64,000 nucleotides of DNA from positions 2,304,001-2,368,000 of the forward strand of contig CAWDML010000001.1 of assembly GCA_963803435.1 (NCBI GenBank). The letters are read 5' to 3'. A model generated the notes under the pieces. It was not told the origin of the DNA, did not search any database, and saw nothing but the letters and a program-made list of their open reading frames with translations. Shown here piece by piece: positions 1-8,863 of this stretch. The DNA comes from an uncultured delta proteobacterium (GTDB taxonomy: Bacteria; Myxococcota; Kuafuiibacteriia; Kuafuiibacteriales; Kuafuiibacteriaceae). Position 1 is the first letter of the stretch, and each line of letters opens with the position of its first letter. A program made the translations under genes and the position numbers.

Positions 1-394
1 CGCGGATGAGGAAGAGCCCGCGCCGCGCCAGCGCGCCGTGCATCAACCGCCGGGTGACGGCGAGCGGAGGCTCGAGATCGATCGCGACGGTGCGTGGGAT
101 CGCTCGCGCCTGATCCACGAAGCGCAGGGCGCCTTGCATGCGCGACTCGAACGCCTGCGCGTTCTCCTCGGAGGGCCAGTAGCCGTCGGTGTCGGAGAGG
201 AGGGGCCAGATCCCGAAGGGGACGCCGGCGCCGGTCAGCCGCAGCAGCGCGTCCGCCATCGGCGGGGTCTCGGCGCTGGGCGGGAGCGCGATGAGCGGCT
301 CCAGCTGGAAGCGACGGAGCAGGCGGAGGGTCGCGCCCGCGGCGAGCTCCTCCGGCGCCAGGAACTCGCTCCACACCCTCCGCCGTGGGGTCAC
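1..394 (-). CDS. Hypothetical protein, 3' end outside window
   Basis: GTG at 394 overlaps the HAD stop (GTGA). Open frame MTPRRRVWSEFLAPEEL...GIWPLLSDTDGYWPSEENA...VAIDLEPP runs off the window edge with typical high-GC codon usage. Confidence 0.7.
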   Translation of the reverse strand, partial: MTPRRRVWSEFLAPEELAAGATLRLLRRFQLEPLIALPPSAETPPMADALLRLTGAGVPFGIWPLLSDTDGYWPSEENAQAFESRMQGALRFVDQARAIPRTVAIDLEPPLAVTRRLMHGALARRGLFLIR

Positions 395-1086
395 AGGCCG
401 ATCAACCGCCAGAAGGCCTCTTCGGCCAAGCTGTCCACCAGCAGGTCCGGTTGCGCCCCGGCCAGCGCGTCCGGATCGAGGCTCCCCGCCAGGACGCCCA
501 CGACCCGGACTCCGGCGGCGCGCGCCGCCTCCACGTCACGCTCGGTGTCTCCGATCACCACCACGTCCTCGAGCTCGAAGCGGCGCCCCAGGCGGGACTC
601 GGCGTAGGTCTGGCCGCGGAGGATCCCGTGACGCACCAGCTCGGGCCTCGACGCCGAGTCGGAGCCGTAGCCGCCGAACTTGAAGCGCTCCCACAGCCCA
701 CCGGGCATCAGCTTCAACCGCGCCCCGGCCTCCACGTTCCCTGTGGCCAGGCCGACCGCATGACGTCCCGAGCCCGCCGCGCCGGCCACCACGTCCGCGG
801 CGCCCGGGAGGACGCGATACTGATCGCGCGTGCGCGCGAGCTCGGCCTCGAGGTGAACCAGGTAACGATCCATGATCGCGTCGATCTCCTCGAGTCCGCG
901 CGGCGGGCGGCCCACGTTGAGCGCGAAGGCGTCCGCGATGATGGTCGGATCAGTGCTCCCGCCCAGGTGGACGCCCTCCATCGCGCCGTCGACACCGGTG
1001 ACGTCGAGGAAGGCGCGCGCGAGCGAGCGCCGGCCGGCGCCGCCCGAGGTGACGAGGGTGCCGTCGATGTCGAAGAGGAGGAGCAC
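391..1086 (-). CDS. HAD-family hydrolase (phosphoglycolate-phosphatase-like)
   Basis: Motif I LLLFDIDGTLV, motif II LATGN, motif IV VIGDTERDV. Confidence 0.9.
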   Translation of the reverse strand: MLLLFDIDGTLVTSGGAGRRSLARAFLDVTGVDGAMEGVHLGGSTDPTIIADAFALNVGRPPRGLEEIDAIMDRYLVHLEAELARTRDQYRVLPGAADVVAGAAGSGRHAVGLATGNVEAGARLKLMPGGLWERFKFGGYGSDSASRPELVRHGILRGQTYAESRLGRRFELEDVVVIGDTERDVEAARAAGVRVVGVLAGSLDPDALAGAQPDLLVDSLAEEAFWRLIGL

Positions 1087-2340
1087 TTACTTCTTCTTCG
1101 CCGCCGCGCTCTTCTTCTGCTTCTTCGAGCGCGCCTTGGTGGTGGTCTTCTTCGGCTTGCCCTTCGCCGCCGTCCGGACCTTCGGCTTGTTCTTCGGCTG
1201 CGGCGAGGGGGCCGGGATCACCGGGACGAGGGCGGGCACGCCGTCGGGCTTGCCGTTCGCCTTCTTCCTCGACTTCTTTGTCTTTCGCTTGGTCGGGATC
1301 TGGGTGGCGCTCCGGCTGGCGACCTGGGTCTCGATCGTGGACGGCTCTTCGGGCTGCTCGAGCGGAACGTCGAGGACCGTGCGCATCCCGGGCGGCATCG
1401 CGACCACCACCGAGATCGCAGAGAGCACGGTGGAGACGGTGCAGGTGTCGCCGGGGAGCTCGCCTTCGAGGTGGAGGGGGGGCTCCCCGACGATGTCGAT
1501 CGTGTCGCGCGGCTGCGGCTCGTCGAGCGCCATCGTCAGCTCGAGCGTGACGATCTCACGCCCGTGACGATATCCCCGGGCGATCTGATAGATGCCGCGG
1601 ACGCGGCCCACCGGCACCGGACCGAACACGGAGACCGTCGGCTCGGCCGCGATCACCGGCGAGAACGCCTCGGAGGTCTTGTCGAGGTGCAGGCCGATCC
1701 CCTTCGCGATCAACCGCAGCGACGAGCTCAGCCCGGCGTGGCCGATGAGGCCGGCCTTGATGGCGTCGCTGAACTCGTGGGGCGTCATCCCGACGCCCAC
1801 CTTCGACTGGAGCTGCGCTCGGCGAGTGGTCGCGTTGACGACGCGCGTTACGCGGATCCTGCGGATGTTCCGGGTGGCCTGGGCGAGCATCACCGGCAGG
1901 CGGTCCATCGCGAAGCCCGGGTTCACGCCGGTGGCCAGCACCACGGTCCCGGCCTCGCGCGCACGGGCATCGAAGTCGTCGTCCAGCTGCGAGAGCGCCT
2001 GCTCCGCGTCCGCCAGGTTTTCGCAGGTCGTTACGACATGCGCACCGTGCGCCACACACAGCTCGAGCGTGGGCCCGAGCGCCTCCACGTCCGACGTGGT
2101 ACAGACCACGGCGACCTCGGGGCGGGCCCGGGAGAGCATCCCCTCGACGTCCTGATCGATCGGGATCCCGAGGCGACCTTCGCCGATGATCTCGCCGAGA
2201 TCCCGGCCGGCTTTGTTCTTGTCGGCGTCTGCCGTGCCGACGAGCGTGACGCGCGGATCCTCCAGTGCGGCGCGGGCGACCTCTTGTCCGACCCACCCCA
2301 AACCGACGATCCCGATCCGGATCCGCTCCTTCAACCTCAC
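1087..2340 (-). CDS. NAD(P)-dependent dehydrogenase, dihydrodipicolinate-reductase / 2,4-diaminopentanoate-dehydrogenase-like family, with Lys-rich C-terminal tail
   Basis: Rossmann IGIVGLGWVG, motifs VVTTCE, LATGVNPGFAMD, LQSKVGVG, GDTCT. Start taken at GTG 2340 (ORF track extends to 2376). Confidence 0.8.
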   Translation of the reverse strand: MRLKERIRIGIVGLGWVGQEVARAALEDPRVTLVGTADADKNKAGRDLGEIIGEGRLGIPIDQDVEGMLSRARPEVAVVCTTSDVEALGPTLELCVAHGAHVVTTCENLADAEQALSQLDDDFDARAREAGTVVLATGVNPGFAMDRLPVMLAQATRNIRRIRVTRVVNATTRRAQLQSKVGVGMTPHEFSDAIKAGLIGHAGLSSSLRLIAKGIGLHLDKTSEAFSPVIAAEPTVSVFGPVPVGRVRGIYQIARGYRHGREIVTLELTMALDEPQPRDTIDIVGEPPLHLEGELPGDTCTVSTVLSAISVVVAMPPGMRTVLDVPLEQPEEPSTIETQVASRSATQIPTKRKTKKSRKKANGKPDGVPALVPVIPAPSPQPKNKPKVRTAAKGKPKKTTTKARSKKQKKSAAAKKK

Positions 2341-2423
2341 GGTGTGGAAGGCTACCCCGGTCCGCGACAAACGCAAACGAACGGACTTGACGGACGCCTC
2401 GGTTCGCCGGAGCGTACGGGCGC

Positions 2424-2618
2424 ATGGCGCAATCCACTTATGGATTGGAGCGGCGCCCGGTCGAGTACACCCCCGCGCCCCCCTCCCACCTGTGGATCGC
2501 CGTCTGCCTCGCGATCGGGGCCTCCACCCTCGCTTCGGCGATCTTCCTCGGCCTCGCGGAGGTCATTACCTTCCACATCAAGACCCTGGTCCTCGAAGCG
2601 ATCTTCGCGCGGCAGTGA
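2424..2618 (+). CDS. Small single-pass membrane protein (64 aa)
   Basis: ATG start, one long hydrophobic segment (LWIAVCLAIGASTLASAIFLGLA), stop overlaps next GTG (GTGA). Confidence 0.6.
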   Translation: MAQSTYGLERRPVEYTPAPPSHLWIAVCLAIGASTLASAIFLGLAEVITFHIKTLVLEAIFARQ

Positions 2619-3190
2619 CGCCTCTGATCGACAGCATTCTGAAGGCACCGCTGTCGCTGGTGCTCCTCGGCGTGGGGTTCATCGTGATCATCGGGATCGT
2701 GGTGCTGCACGCCGTGCGAACCGATCGGATCGTCCACATCGCCGAGGATCTGATGCAGCTCGCGCTCGAGGGGCGCGCGGACGAGGCGCGCATTCGCGCG
2801 CGCAAGGCGGGAAAGACCATGCAGCCGGTGCTCGACGCGCTGGGAGGGGACGTCGTTCCCCCTCCCCGGCGTTCGATGATGCGGGACTCGCCATGGCTGC
2901 TGGTCATCGCGGCGCCGGTGCTCCTCTTCGTCGCCTACAGCCTGGCCGAGCTCCGCGACGGCGCCGAGCTGCGAATCCACGTCGCGACCACCCTGCTCTT
3001 CGGCACCGCAGTCCTGCTTCCGGTCGCCTTCGCCGCTTCGATCGCCGTATTCGAGATCAGCCGCCGCGCCTCCCGCTCGGTGCGCGGCACCTGCATCACG
3101 CTCCTCGCACAAAACGTGAAGAGCGCGGTGGACGCCGATCGAAAGGACGCGATCCGACGCGGCCCGCGCAAGGATCCGAGGGGCGACTGA
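2615..3190 (+). CDS. Divergent MotA/TolQ/ExbB-like three-TM membrane protein
   Basis: GTG 2615 coupled to upstream stop. TM - cytoplasmic helical region (AEDLMQLALEGRADEARIRA) - TM - TM layout. Confidence 0.55.
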   Translation: MTPLIDSILKAPLSLVLLGVGFIVIIGIVVLHAVRTDRIVHIAEDLMQLALEGRADEARIRARKAGKTMQPVLDALGGDVVPPPRRSMMRDSPWLLVIAAPVLLFVAYSLAELRDGAELRIHVATTLLFGTAVLLPVAFAASIAVFEISRRASRSVRGTCITLLAQNVKSAVDADRKDAIRRGPRKDPRGD

Positions 3191-4674
3191 TGAGCCTCGG
3201 GCTGCTGATCGTCGCCGGCATCCTCCTCGAGCTCGGGCTCGGCACGTACGTCGTGGTCCTGACGCTCCGCGAGAACAAGGCCTTCAAGGCGCTGGTCGAT
3301 CAAGCCGCGGCCGAATTCGTCACGGCCGTCGACGATCTGCCGCAGCCGTATCGCTCGGTCGCGCGCCCGCTCGCCGATCAGCTCGCGATGGATCAGGACT
3401 TCGACGACGCGCTCCTGGACGCCGTCATCGACACCACCCGCCAGCCGTTCAAGAAGCCGCTCTGGCAACGTTTGCTGGTCGGCGTGATCTGCTCGCTGGC
3501 GATGCTGGGGCCCGCGTCGTATGGCCTCCTCGTCACCGCCTCGCAGATTGTGACCGCCTGGAACGAGTCGGAGGCGCTCAATCGCTCGGTCGTCTATCTC
3601 CGCGGGCAGACCGAGCTCGAAGGTCCCTTTCTCCTCCTTCGGCAGGCCTTCCATGGCTCGGCGCTCCTGTTCTTCGGCCTCGCGTTCCTGTGGGCGCTCG
3701 CGTGGTACCTGCGCCGGCCCGAGGTCCGCGAGGCGCGCTTCATCCGCACGCTGCTGGAGGCCGGGGCCCGCGCCAGCCCGAGGAGCCCGGCGCCGGCGAG
3801 CGGCCGGCTCTCGGAGCTGATCGCGCCGGACCGGGGGCTCGGGCGTCCGATCACCGCCCTGGTGGTCTGCCTGTGCGGCATCACCGCCGGCTGGCTGGTG
3901 CTCTACGAGACCGCCGACGTCCGCGCGGCCAACGATCGGGAGCCGGTGTTCGACGTCTGGCCGGCCAAGCGCGCGCGGATGCTGCAGACCACGGCCGAGC
4001 TCAGCCTTCCCCGCTCGCGGGCGGGCGCGCCGCTCGGCGACCAGCCGCCGCCGTCCCTGGTGATCGGTCCGGACAACGCGTTCCTGGGCGGGAGCGATCT
4101 ACTGGTGGGGTTCGCGGACGGACGCCTCCCGGAGAACTGGAAGGCCGAGGTCCCCGACGTCACCAAGATCCTCGCGACCTCCGGGGGACGCGTGGTGGTG
4201 TCGGCGCATCGCGAGCTCCCGCTGGAGCTGGTGCTCCAGCTGATGCAGTACCTCCAGGCCAAGTACGACGTCGATCGCTTCGATCTGATCGTCGAGCGCA
4301 CGCTGCTCAACGGCGAGCCCGGCGGCAAGCCGCTCCAGGCGATGATCCCGCTCGAGCTCGACAGCGATCGCACGGCAGCGCTCCGGATCGAGATCCTGGA
4401 CGGCGGGATCCGCGTCCCTCCGGAGACCGAGGTCCGGCCCTTCGAGGAGAGCGACTGGGCCGAACATCTGCGCGGCCTGGTGCGCGATCAGCCGGCGCTG
4501 CTGCGGAGCAAGGATCGACAAGCGATCGACGTGCGCGTCCTGGGACGGGACCTCGGCTACGGTCGATTCGTCGAGGTGCTCGCCGGCGCCGACACCGCGT
4601 GCATGGGGAGAGGCGACTGCGGGCTTCCCGGGCTCGGGCTCGTGTTCAGTCTGAGATCAGGGCCCAATCCGTGA
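3190..4674 (+). CDS. Membrane protein with TolQ-like TM region fused to two ExbD/TolR-like periplasmic domains
   Basis: ATG 3190 overlaps upstream TGA (TGATG). Four hydrophobic segments, then ELSLPRS...SLVIGPD...VVVSAHRELPLELVLQLM and LRIEI...GRDLGYGRFVEVL, both ExbD-like. Confidence 0.6.
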   Translation: MSLGLLIVAGILLELGLGTYVVVLTLRENKAFKALVDQAAAEFVTAVDDLPQPYRSVARPLADQLAMDQDFDDALLDAVIDTTRQPFKKPLWQRLLVGVICSLAMLGPASYGLLVTASQIVTAWNESEALNRSVVYLRGQTELEGPFLLLRQAFHGSALLFFGLAFLWALAWYLRRPEVREARFIRTLLEAGARASPRSPAPASGRLSELIAPDRGLGRPITALVVCLCGITAGWLVLYETADVRAANDREPVFDVWPAKRARMLQTTAELSLPRSRAGAPLGDQPPPSLVIGPDNAFLGGSDLLVGFADGRLPENWKAEVPDVTKILATSGGRVVVSAHRELPLELVLQLMQYLQAKYDVDRFDLIVERTLLNGEPGGKPLQAMIPLELDSDRTAALRIEILDGGIRVPPETEVRPFEESDWAEHLRGLVRDQPALLRSKDRQAIDVRVLGRDLGYGRFVEVLAGADTACMGRGDCGLPGLGLVFSLRSGPNP

Positions 4675-5458
4675 GGATCTCATGGCCCGTATCGGTGACG
4701 AGCACCGTGTGCTCGAACTGAGCCGAGAGCTTTCCGTCCGCCGTGCGCACCGTCCATCGATCCACCGGATCCAGGACCGTCTCGTGGCCTCCCATGTTGA
4801 TCATGGGCTCCACGGTGAAGATCATGCCGGCACGAAGGCGGGGGTTCGGTCCTTTCGACCGGTAATGGGCGATCTGGGGGGCCTCGTGGAAGACGCGCCC
4901 GACGCCGTGACCGACGTACTCGCGAACGACCCCGTAGTGGTGAGCGTGGGCGTGATCCTCGATGGCGGCGCCGATGTCGCGGATCCGGGAGCCGGCGCGC
5001 ACCGTCCGGATCCCGCGATGCATGCACTCCTCAGTGACGCGGACCAGCTGGGCCACCTCGGGTCGGACCTCGCCCACCAGAAACGTGCGGGAGGTGTCGC
5101 CGTGGAACCCATCGAAGATGGAGGTGACGTCGATGTTGATGATGTCCCCCTCCTTGAGGACCTCGTCCCGCGAGGGGATGCCGTGACAGATGACGTCGTT
5201 GACGGAGGTGCAGACCGACTTTGGAAACGGAGGAATGCCACGGCTCGGATCGGCTCCATAGTTGAGGGGCGCGGGGACGGCGCCGTGATCCAGCGTGAAG
5301 TCATGAACGAAGCGATTGATGTCTTCCGTGGAGATCCCGGGCCGGACCATCTCGGAGGCCGCTTTCAAGGTCTTCGCGGCCAGCTTGCAGGCGGCCCGCA
5401 TGCCTTCGATCTCGGCCGGGGTCTTGATGTGAATCGCGTTGGCGCTCACGGCATCCAT
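4646..5458 (-). CDS. map: Type I methionine aminopeptidase
   Basis: FPKSVCTSVNDVICHGIP, INIDVT, GFHGDTSRTF, GHGVG..FHEAP, FTVEPMIN, SAQFEHT. Start at MDAVS preferred (TTGTCG-17-CATATT upstream). Confidence 0.96.
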   Translation of the reverse strand: MDAVSANAIHIKTPAEIEGMRAACKLAAKTLKAASEMVRPGISTEDINRFVHDFTLDHGAVPAPLNYGADPSRGIPPFPKSVCTSVNDVICHGIPSRDEVLKEGDIINIDVTSIFDGFHGDTSRTFLVGEVRPEVAQLVRVTEECMHRGIRTVRAGSRIRDIGAAIEDHAHAHHYGVVREYVGHGVGRVFHEAPQIAHYRSKGPNPRLRAGMIFTVEPMINMGGHETVLDPVDRWTVRTADGKLSAQFEHTVLVTDTGHEILTDWALISD

Positions 5459-5505
5459 CAGAGCTCCCAATATGCTTCCTCCGAGCGGATTCGACAAGAC
5501 AAGGC

Positions 5506-6852
5506 TTACAAGCGTTCGGCCGCACGGAGCGCGAGATACGCCCGGATGGCGCCCGAGGTGACCGCATCGGGGGGGAGATCGAGGGCGCGGACGCCCCGGG
5601 CGGCCAACCCTTCGATCACCTCGTTCCGCGCACGCTCCAGCCCGAGCGCGGCCAACGAGCGATACGTGCCGGCCAGATCGTGGACCGATGCGTCCGCGAT
5701 CCGCCGAACGTGAGGGTCGCGAAGTGCCACGAAGAGCACCGCATGTCGTCGCGCCAGGACACCGAGCACGTCGATCATGGAAGACGAAGCCTCTGCATCC
5801 ACGAAGTCGGTGAGAAACACGATCAGGGCGCGCTTCTTCTGCCTCCGGCGGACCTCGGCGAGGGCCTGGACGAAGCTGGCGTCGGCGCTGGTGGACGAAA
5901 GGTCAGAGACGGCCTCCATCAGCCGACCGATCTGGGCCCGCCCGCGATCCGGCCGCACGAAGGCGCCCGCCCCTGCGTCGAAGCTCATGGCGCCCACGCG
6001 ATCGCCGTTGTTGAGCGCGACCGCCGCCAGTCGAAGGGCGCTGTTGATGGCAAGGTCGAGCTTCGTGCGCGGCTCGGACTCTCGTTCCATCGAATGGAGC
6101 GCACCCATCAGGCGACCCGTATCGATGCAGATCAAGAGCTCGTGGTTCTTCTCCAGCTCGAAGTTTCGGGCCGTCAGCTTGCCGCGCCGGGCGGTGGCCC
6201 GCCAGTCAATCCGACGGAGCTCGTCCTCGAGGACCGCGTCGCGGAGCGACTCGAACTCGGTGCCCTCGGCGCGCTTGCGGACCCGCTTGATCCCCAGCTC
6301 GGCCATCATCAGATCGGGATCGAGTGACCCGCGATCGACGTCGCCAACGTCCGGATCGACGCGGACCTCGCGCGCGCCCGACGGCTCGAGGACGATACGG
6401 CGTCGCGCCAGCCGGAGCGGACCGTCCGCCAGCAGGTTGAGGCGGCCGAAGGTAAAGCGCCCGCGGCGTCGCGGTCGCACGTCGTACTCGACACGCGCCA
6501 CCCCGCCGGCGATCAATCGGACCGTCCGGGGCGCCGACGCGGCCTCGCGGGGGCGGAGCTCGGGCGGCGGCTCGTCAATCAGGATCGCCTCACCGGCCCG
6601 GGACGAGGTCACGGCCAGGGTGATGCGCGCGCTCCGGTCGTGCTGCATCCGGGCGGGGGCAGCGCGCTCCGCGGACAGGCCGCCGGCGCGGGGAAGGAAC
6701 GCCACGTCGGCGACCAGCGCGAACAGGAGAAGGAGGTCCCAGCCAACCACGCCGTAGAGCGCGAGATCGCTGGCCATCGCGGCGGCGGCCAGGAGGAGCC
6801 CGAGCGCGGCGAGGCGCGCAAACCGCGGCGCGAGACGGAGCCCCGTGAGCAT
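5506..6852 (-). CDS. DUF58 domain / vWA-like protein (MoxR partner)
   Basis: Two N-terminal TMs, PRRRGRFTFG, GTEFESLRD, RRIDWRATARRGKL, IDTGRLM, LIVFLTDF. Confidence 0.88.
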   Translation of the reverse strand: MLTGLRLAPRFARLAALGLLLAAAAMASDLALYGVVGWDLLLLFALVADVAFLPRAGGLSAERAAPARMQHDRSARITLAVTSSRAGEAILIDEPPPELRPREAASAPRTVRLIAGGVARVEYDVRPRRRGRFTFGRLNLLADGPLRLARRRIVLEPSGAREVRVDPDVGDVDRGSLDPDLMMAELGIKRVRKRAEGTEFESLRDAVLEDELRRIDWRATARRGKLTARNFELEKNHELLICIDTGRLMGALHSMERESEPRTKLDLAINSALRLAAVALNNGDRVGAMSFDAGAGAFVRPDRGRAQIGRLMEAVSDLSSTSADASFVQALAEVRRRQKKRALIVFLTDFVDAEASSSMIDVLGVLARRHAVLFVALRDPHVRRIADASVHDLAGTYRSLAALGLERARNEVIEGLAARGVRALDLPPDAVTSGAIRAYLALRAAERL

Positions 6853-6910
6853 CCGCCGGCCCAGATAGCACCCCGCGACGACGACGTCGAACGTGGTAGA
6901 CTGAGCCCCC

Positions 6911-8857
6911 TTGGCCGACGATCGAGGCAAGCGTCCGAAGGTCTACGACGAGACCATGCAGGTCCGGATTCGCTCGAAGAACCCGATGATCGAGCGGAAG
7001 CCGAGCGAGCCGGCCCTGAGCGATCGCGGCGACAGCGAAGCCACGGTCGCCGCCACCGGACCCGAGATGAGGGTGGCCGCGCAGATGTCGGCCGACGGCA
7101 TGTCGCTGTACGAGCAGATCGAGCACACGGATCGCACCGACGAGATCGAGCGCGCCGCCCGGGAGCTGGCCGAGGCCACGCAGCGCGTGCGGCCGCGAGC
7201 GCCGATGGCGCTCGAGGACACCAAGTCGATGGTGGTGGAGGCGCCCAAGGTCGCCGAGCCCAAGAAGCCCAAGGCGCCCCGCCGGGAGGCGCCCAAGACT
7301 GCGCCCAAGAAGAAGCCGGAAGCGCGCGCGGAGGCCGTCCTCGATCCGGTGCCGCGCCGAAAGGGTGGGTTCATCGACGAGGAGGAGACGCTGATCGCAT
7401 CGGAGCCGCCCCAGCGCGTCGGCGATCTGGAGAAGGCGAACCAGCGCTTCACCGAGTCGGACGAGCACATCCCCACGTTGGTCCCCCATCCTTCGGAGCG
7501 GGCCCAGGCGGTGCTAGTGCGACGGAGCGTCCCCAAGCAGAAGGAGGAGGAGGAGGTCGGGATCGATCTGGGGGTGGTGCCGCGGCGATATCTGGGCGCC
7601 CCCGGGACCCAGGGGGCCGGGGCCGAGGTCCACCGGCAGCTGGTGGATCGCATCGAACGCGGGCTCCCCGAGGTCCGGGCTGCGCCGCTCAAGATCCTGC
7701 GCGCCGAGCTCTCCGCGGACCTGCTCCTGTCGCTGGACGAGATCCTGGCCGGCCAGCACGAGCAGCGCGCCACCGACGGATCTGTCTCTCCCAAGCGGGC
7801 GCTCGAGCACCTGATCAACGAGAAGAGCTACCAGTCGCTCGTGCCCCGCGAGCGCGCCCGGCTGCTGATGCCGATCGCGGAGGACCCGCGCGACATTTCC
7901 ACCATCAAGTCGGGCATCGCGATCCTCAAGACGCGCCTGGTCGAGCGACTCTCGGAGCACGTCCGCGGGAAGCTCCTCGATCTGTTCGGCACGCTCGACC
8001 CGGACGCCCGGGCCACGCTGGCCCAGCTGTCGGCGCGACAGCTTCGCGGGCGCTCGGTGCTCGAGGACCGGGACCCGCGCGACATCTCCCTGATCGAGCG
8101 GCTCAACCAGCTCGTCCACGGCGATCCCATCCCGGAGCTGCTCGAGACGCATGGCGTCCGGAGAGAGCGCATCGTGAAGCTCGTGCTGACGGCGCTCGCG
8201 AACCCGGCCAAGCTCTCCTTCGAGGAAGGATCTCCCGGCGTCATCAGCACGATCGAGTTCGCGCTCGCGGACGGGTCGCCCGCGGAGTACGCGCGCCTGT
8301 GGACGGAGATCGTGTCGCGCGCCTGCGCCGCCGAGCTGAGCGGCGGCGGCCGGCTGGAGCTCTCGGGTCGGGTGACGGCCAACGTCTCCTTCACGAACCA
8401 GATCACTCCGCTCCGGATCGCGCTCGATCAGCTGCCCGAGCTGGCCCACCCCCGGGCCCGGAAGCCGCACCCCGACTTCGTGATGCCGGGCGGCCACGGG
8501 ATCGACGCCGACGTCGTCTCGCGGGCGCTCGCCATCGTGTATGGGCCGGGCTTCACGGTGGCGGCGGGGCTCGACACGGCCATCCGCCACCTCGATCGCG
8601 TGGCGCGCGATCCCCACCGGACCCCGCCGGTGTTCGTGTCGCTGCTCTACGACCGCGGCGAGCGGCTCTTCGTCTTCGATCACTTCGAGGAGGGGTCCGT
8701 GTTCCTCCGGGCGCCCCACGGTCGCAGCACCAAGCGCGCCGGTGCGTTTCGCTCGGATCCGGTGCGCGCGGTGGTCGACCCGGACACCGGACTCGAGAGC
8801 ATTCCGAGGACCGACTTCGACGCGGCGGTCGGCGTCGCGCTCGTCCCGCGGACCTAG
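6911..8857 (+). CDS. Hypothetical protein: disordered N-terminus, C-terminal degenerate papain-like domain
   Basis: 648-aa ORF with good codon bias and TAGACT box upstream. IEFALADGSPAEYARLW and PVFVSL...VFLRAPHG segments. Confidence 0.7.
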   Translation: MADDRGKRPKVYDETMQVRIRSKNPMIERKPSEPALSDRGDSEATVAATGPEMRVAAQMSADGMSLYEQIEHTDRTDEIERAARELAEATQRVRPRAPMALEDTKSMVVEAPKVAEPKKPKAPRREAPKTAPKKKPEARAEAVLDPVPRRKGGFIDEEETLIASEPPQRVGDLEKANQRFTESDEHIPTLVPHPSERAQAVLVRRSVPKQKEEEEVGIDLGVVPRRYLGAPGTQGAGAEVHRQLVDRIERGLPEVRAAPLKILRAELSADLLLSLDEILAGQHEQRATDGSVSPKRALEHLINEKSYQSLVPRERARLLMPIAEDPRDISTIKSGIAILKTRLVERLSEHVRGKLLDLFGTLDPDARATLAQLSARQLRGRSVLEDRDPRDISLIERLNQLVHGDPIPELLETHGVRRERIVKLVLTALANPAKLSFEEGSPGVISTIEFALADGSPAEYARLWTEIVSRACAAELSGGGRLELSGRVTANVSFTNQITPLRIALDQLPELAHPRARKPHPDFVMPGGHGIDADVVSRALAIVYGPGFTVAAGLDTAIRHLDRVARDPHRTPPVFVSLLYDRGERLFVFDHFEEGSVFLRAPHGRSTKRAGAFRSDPVRAVVDPDTGLESIPRTDFDAAVGVALVPRT

Positions 8858-8863
8858 CTCGGC

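Noticed and set aside
385-3189. N-terminal 935 aa of the 1429-aa ORF 385..4674, and similar giant ORFs (14748..17840, 30128..32011, 32282..35377, 46142..51115, 46359..50438)
   Set aside because: Shadow frames antisense or out-of-frame to clearly identifiable genes. Long stop-free frames are expected at 70% GC.
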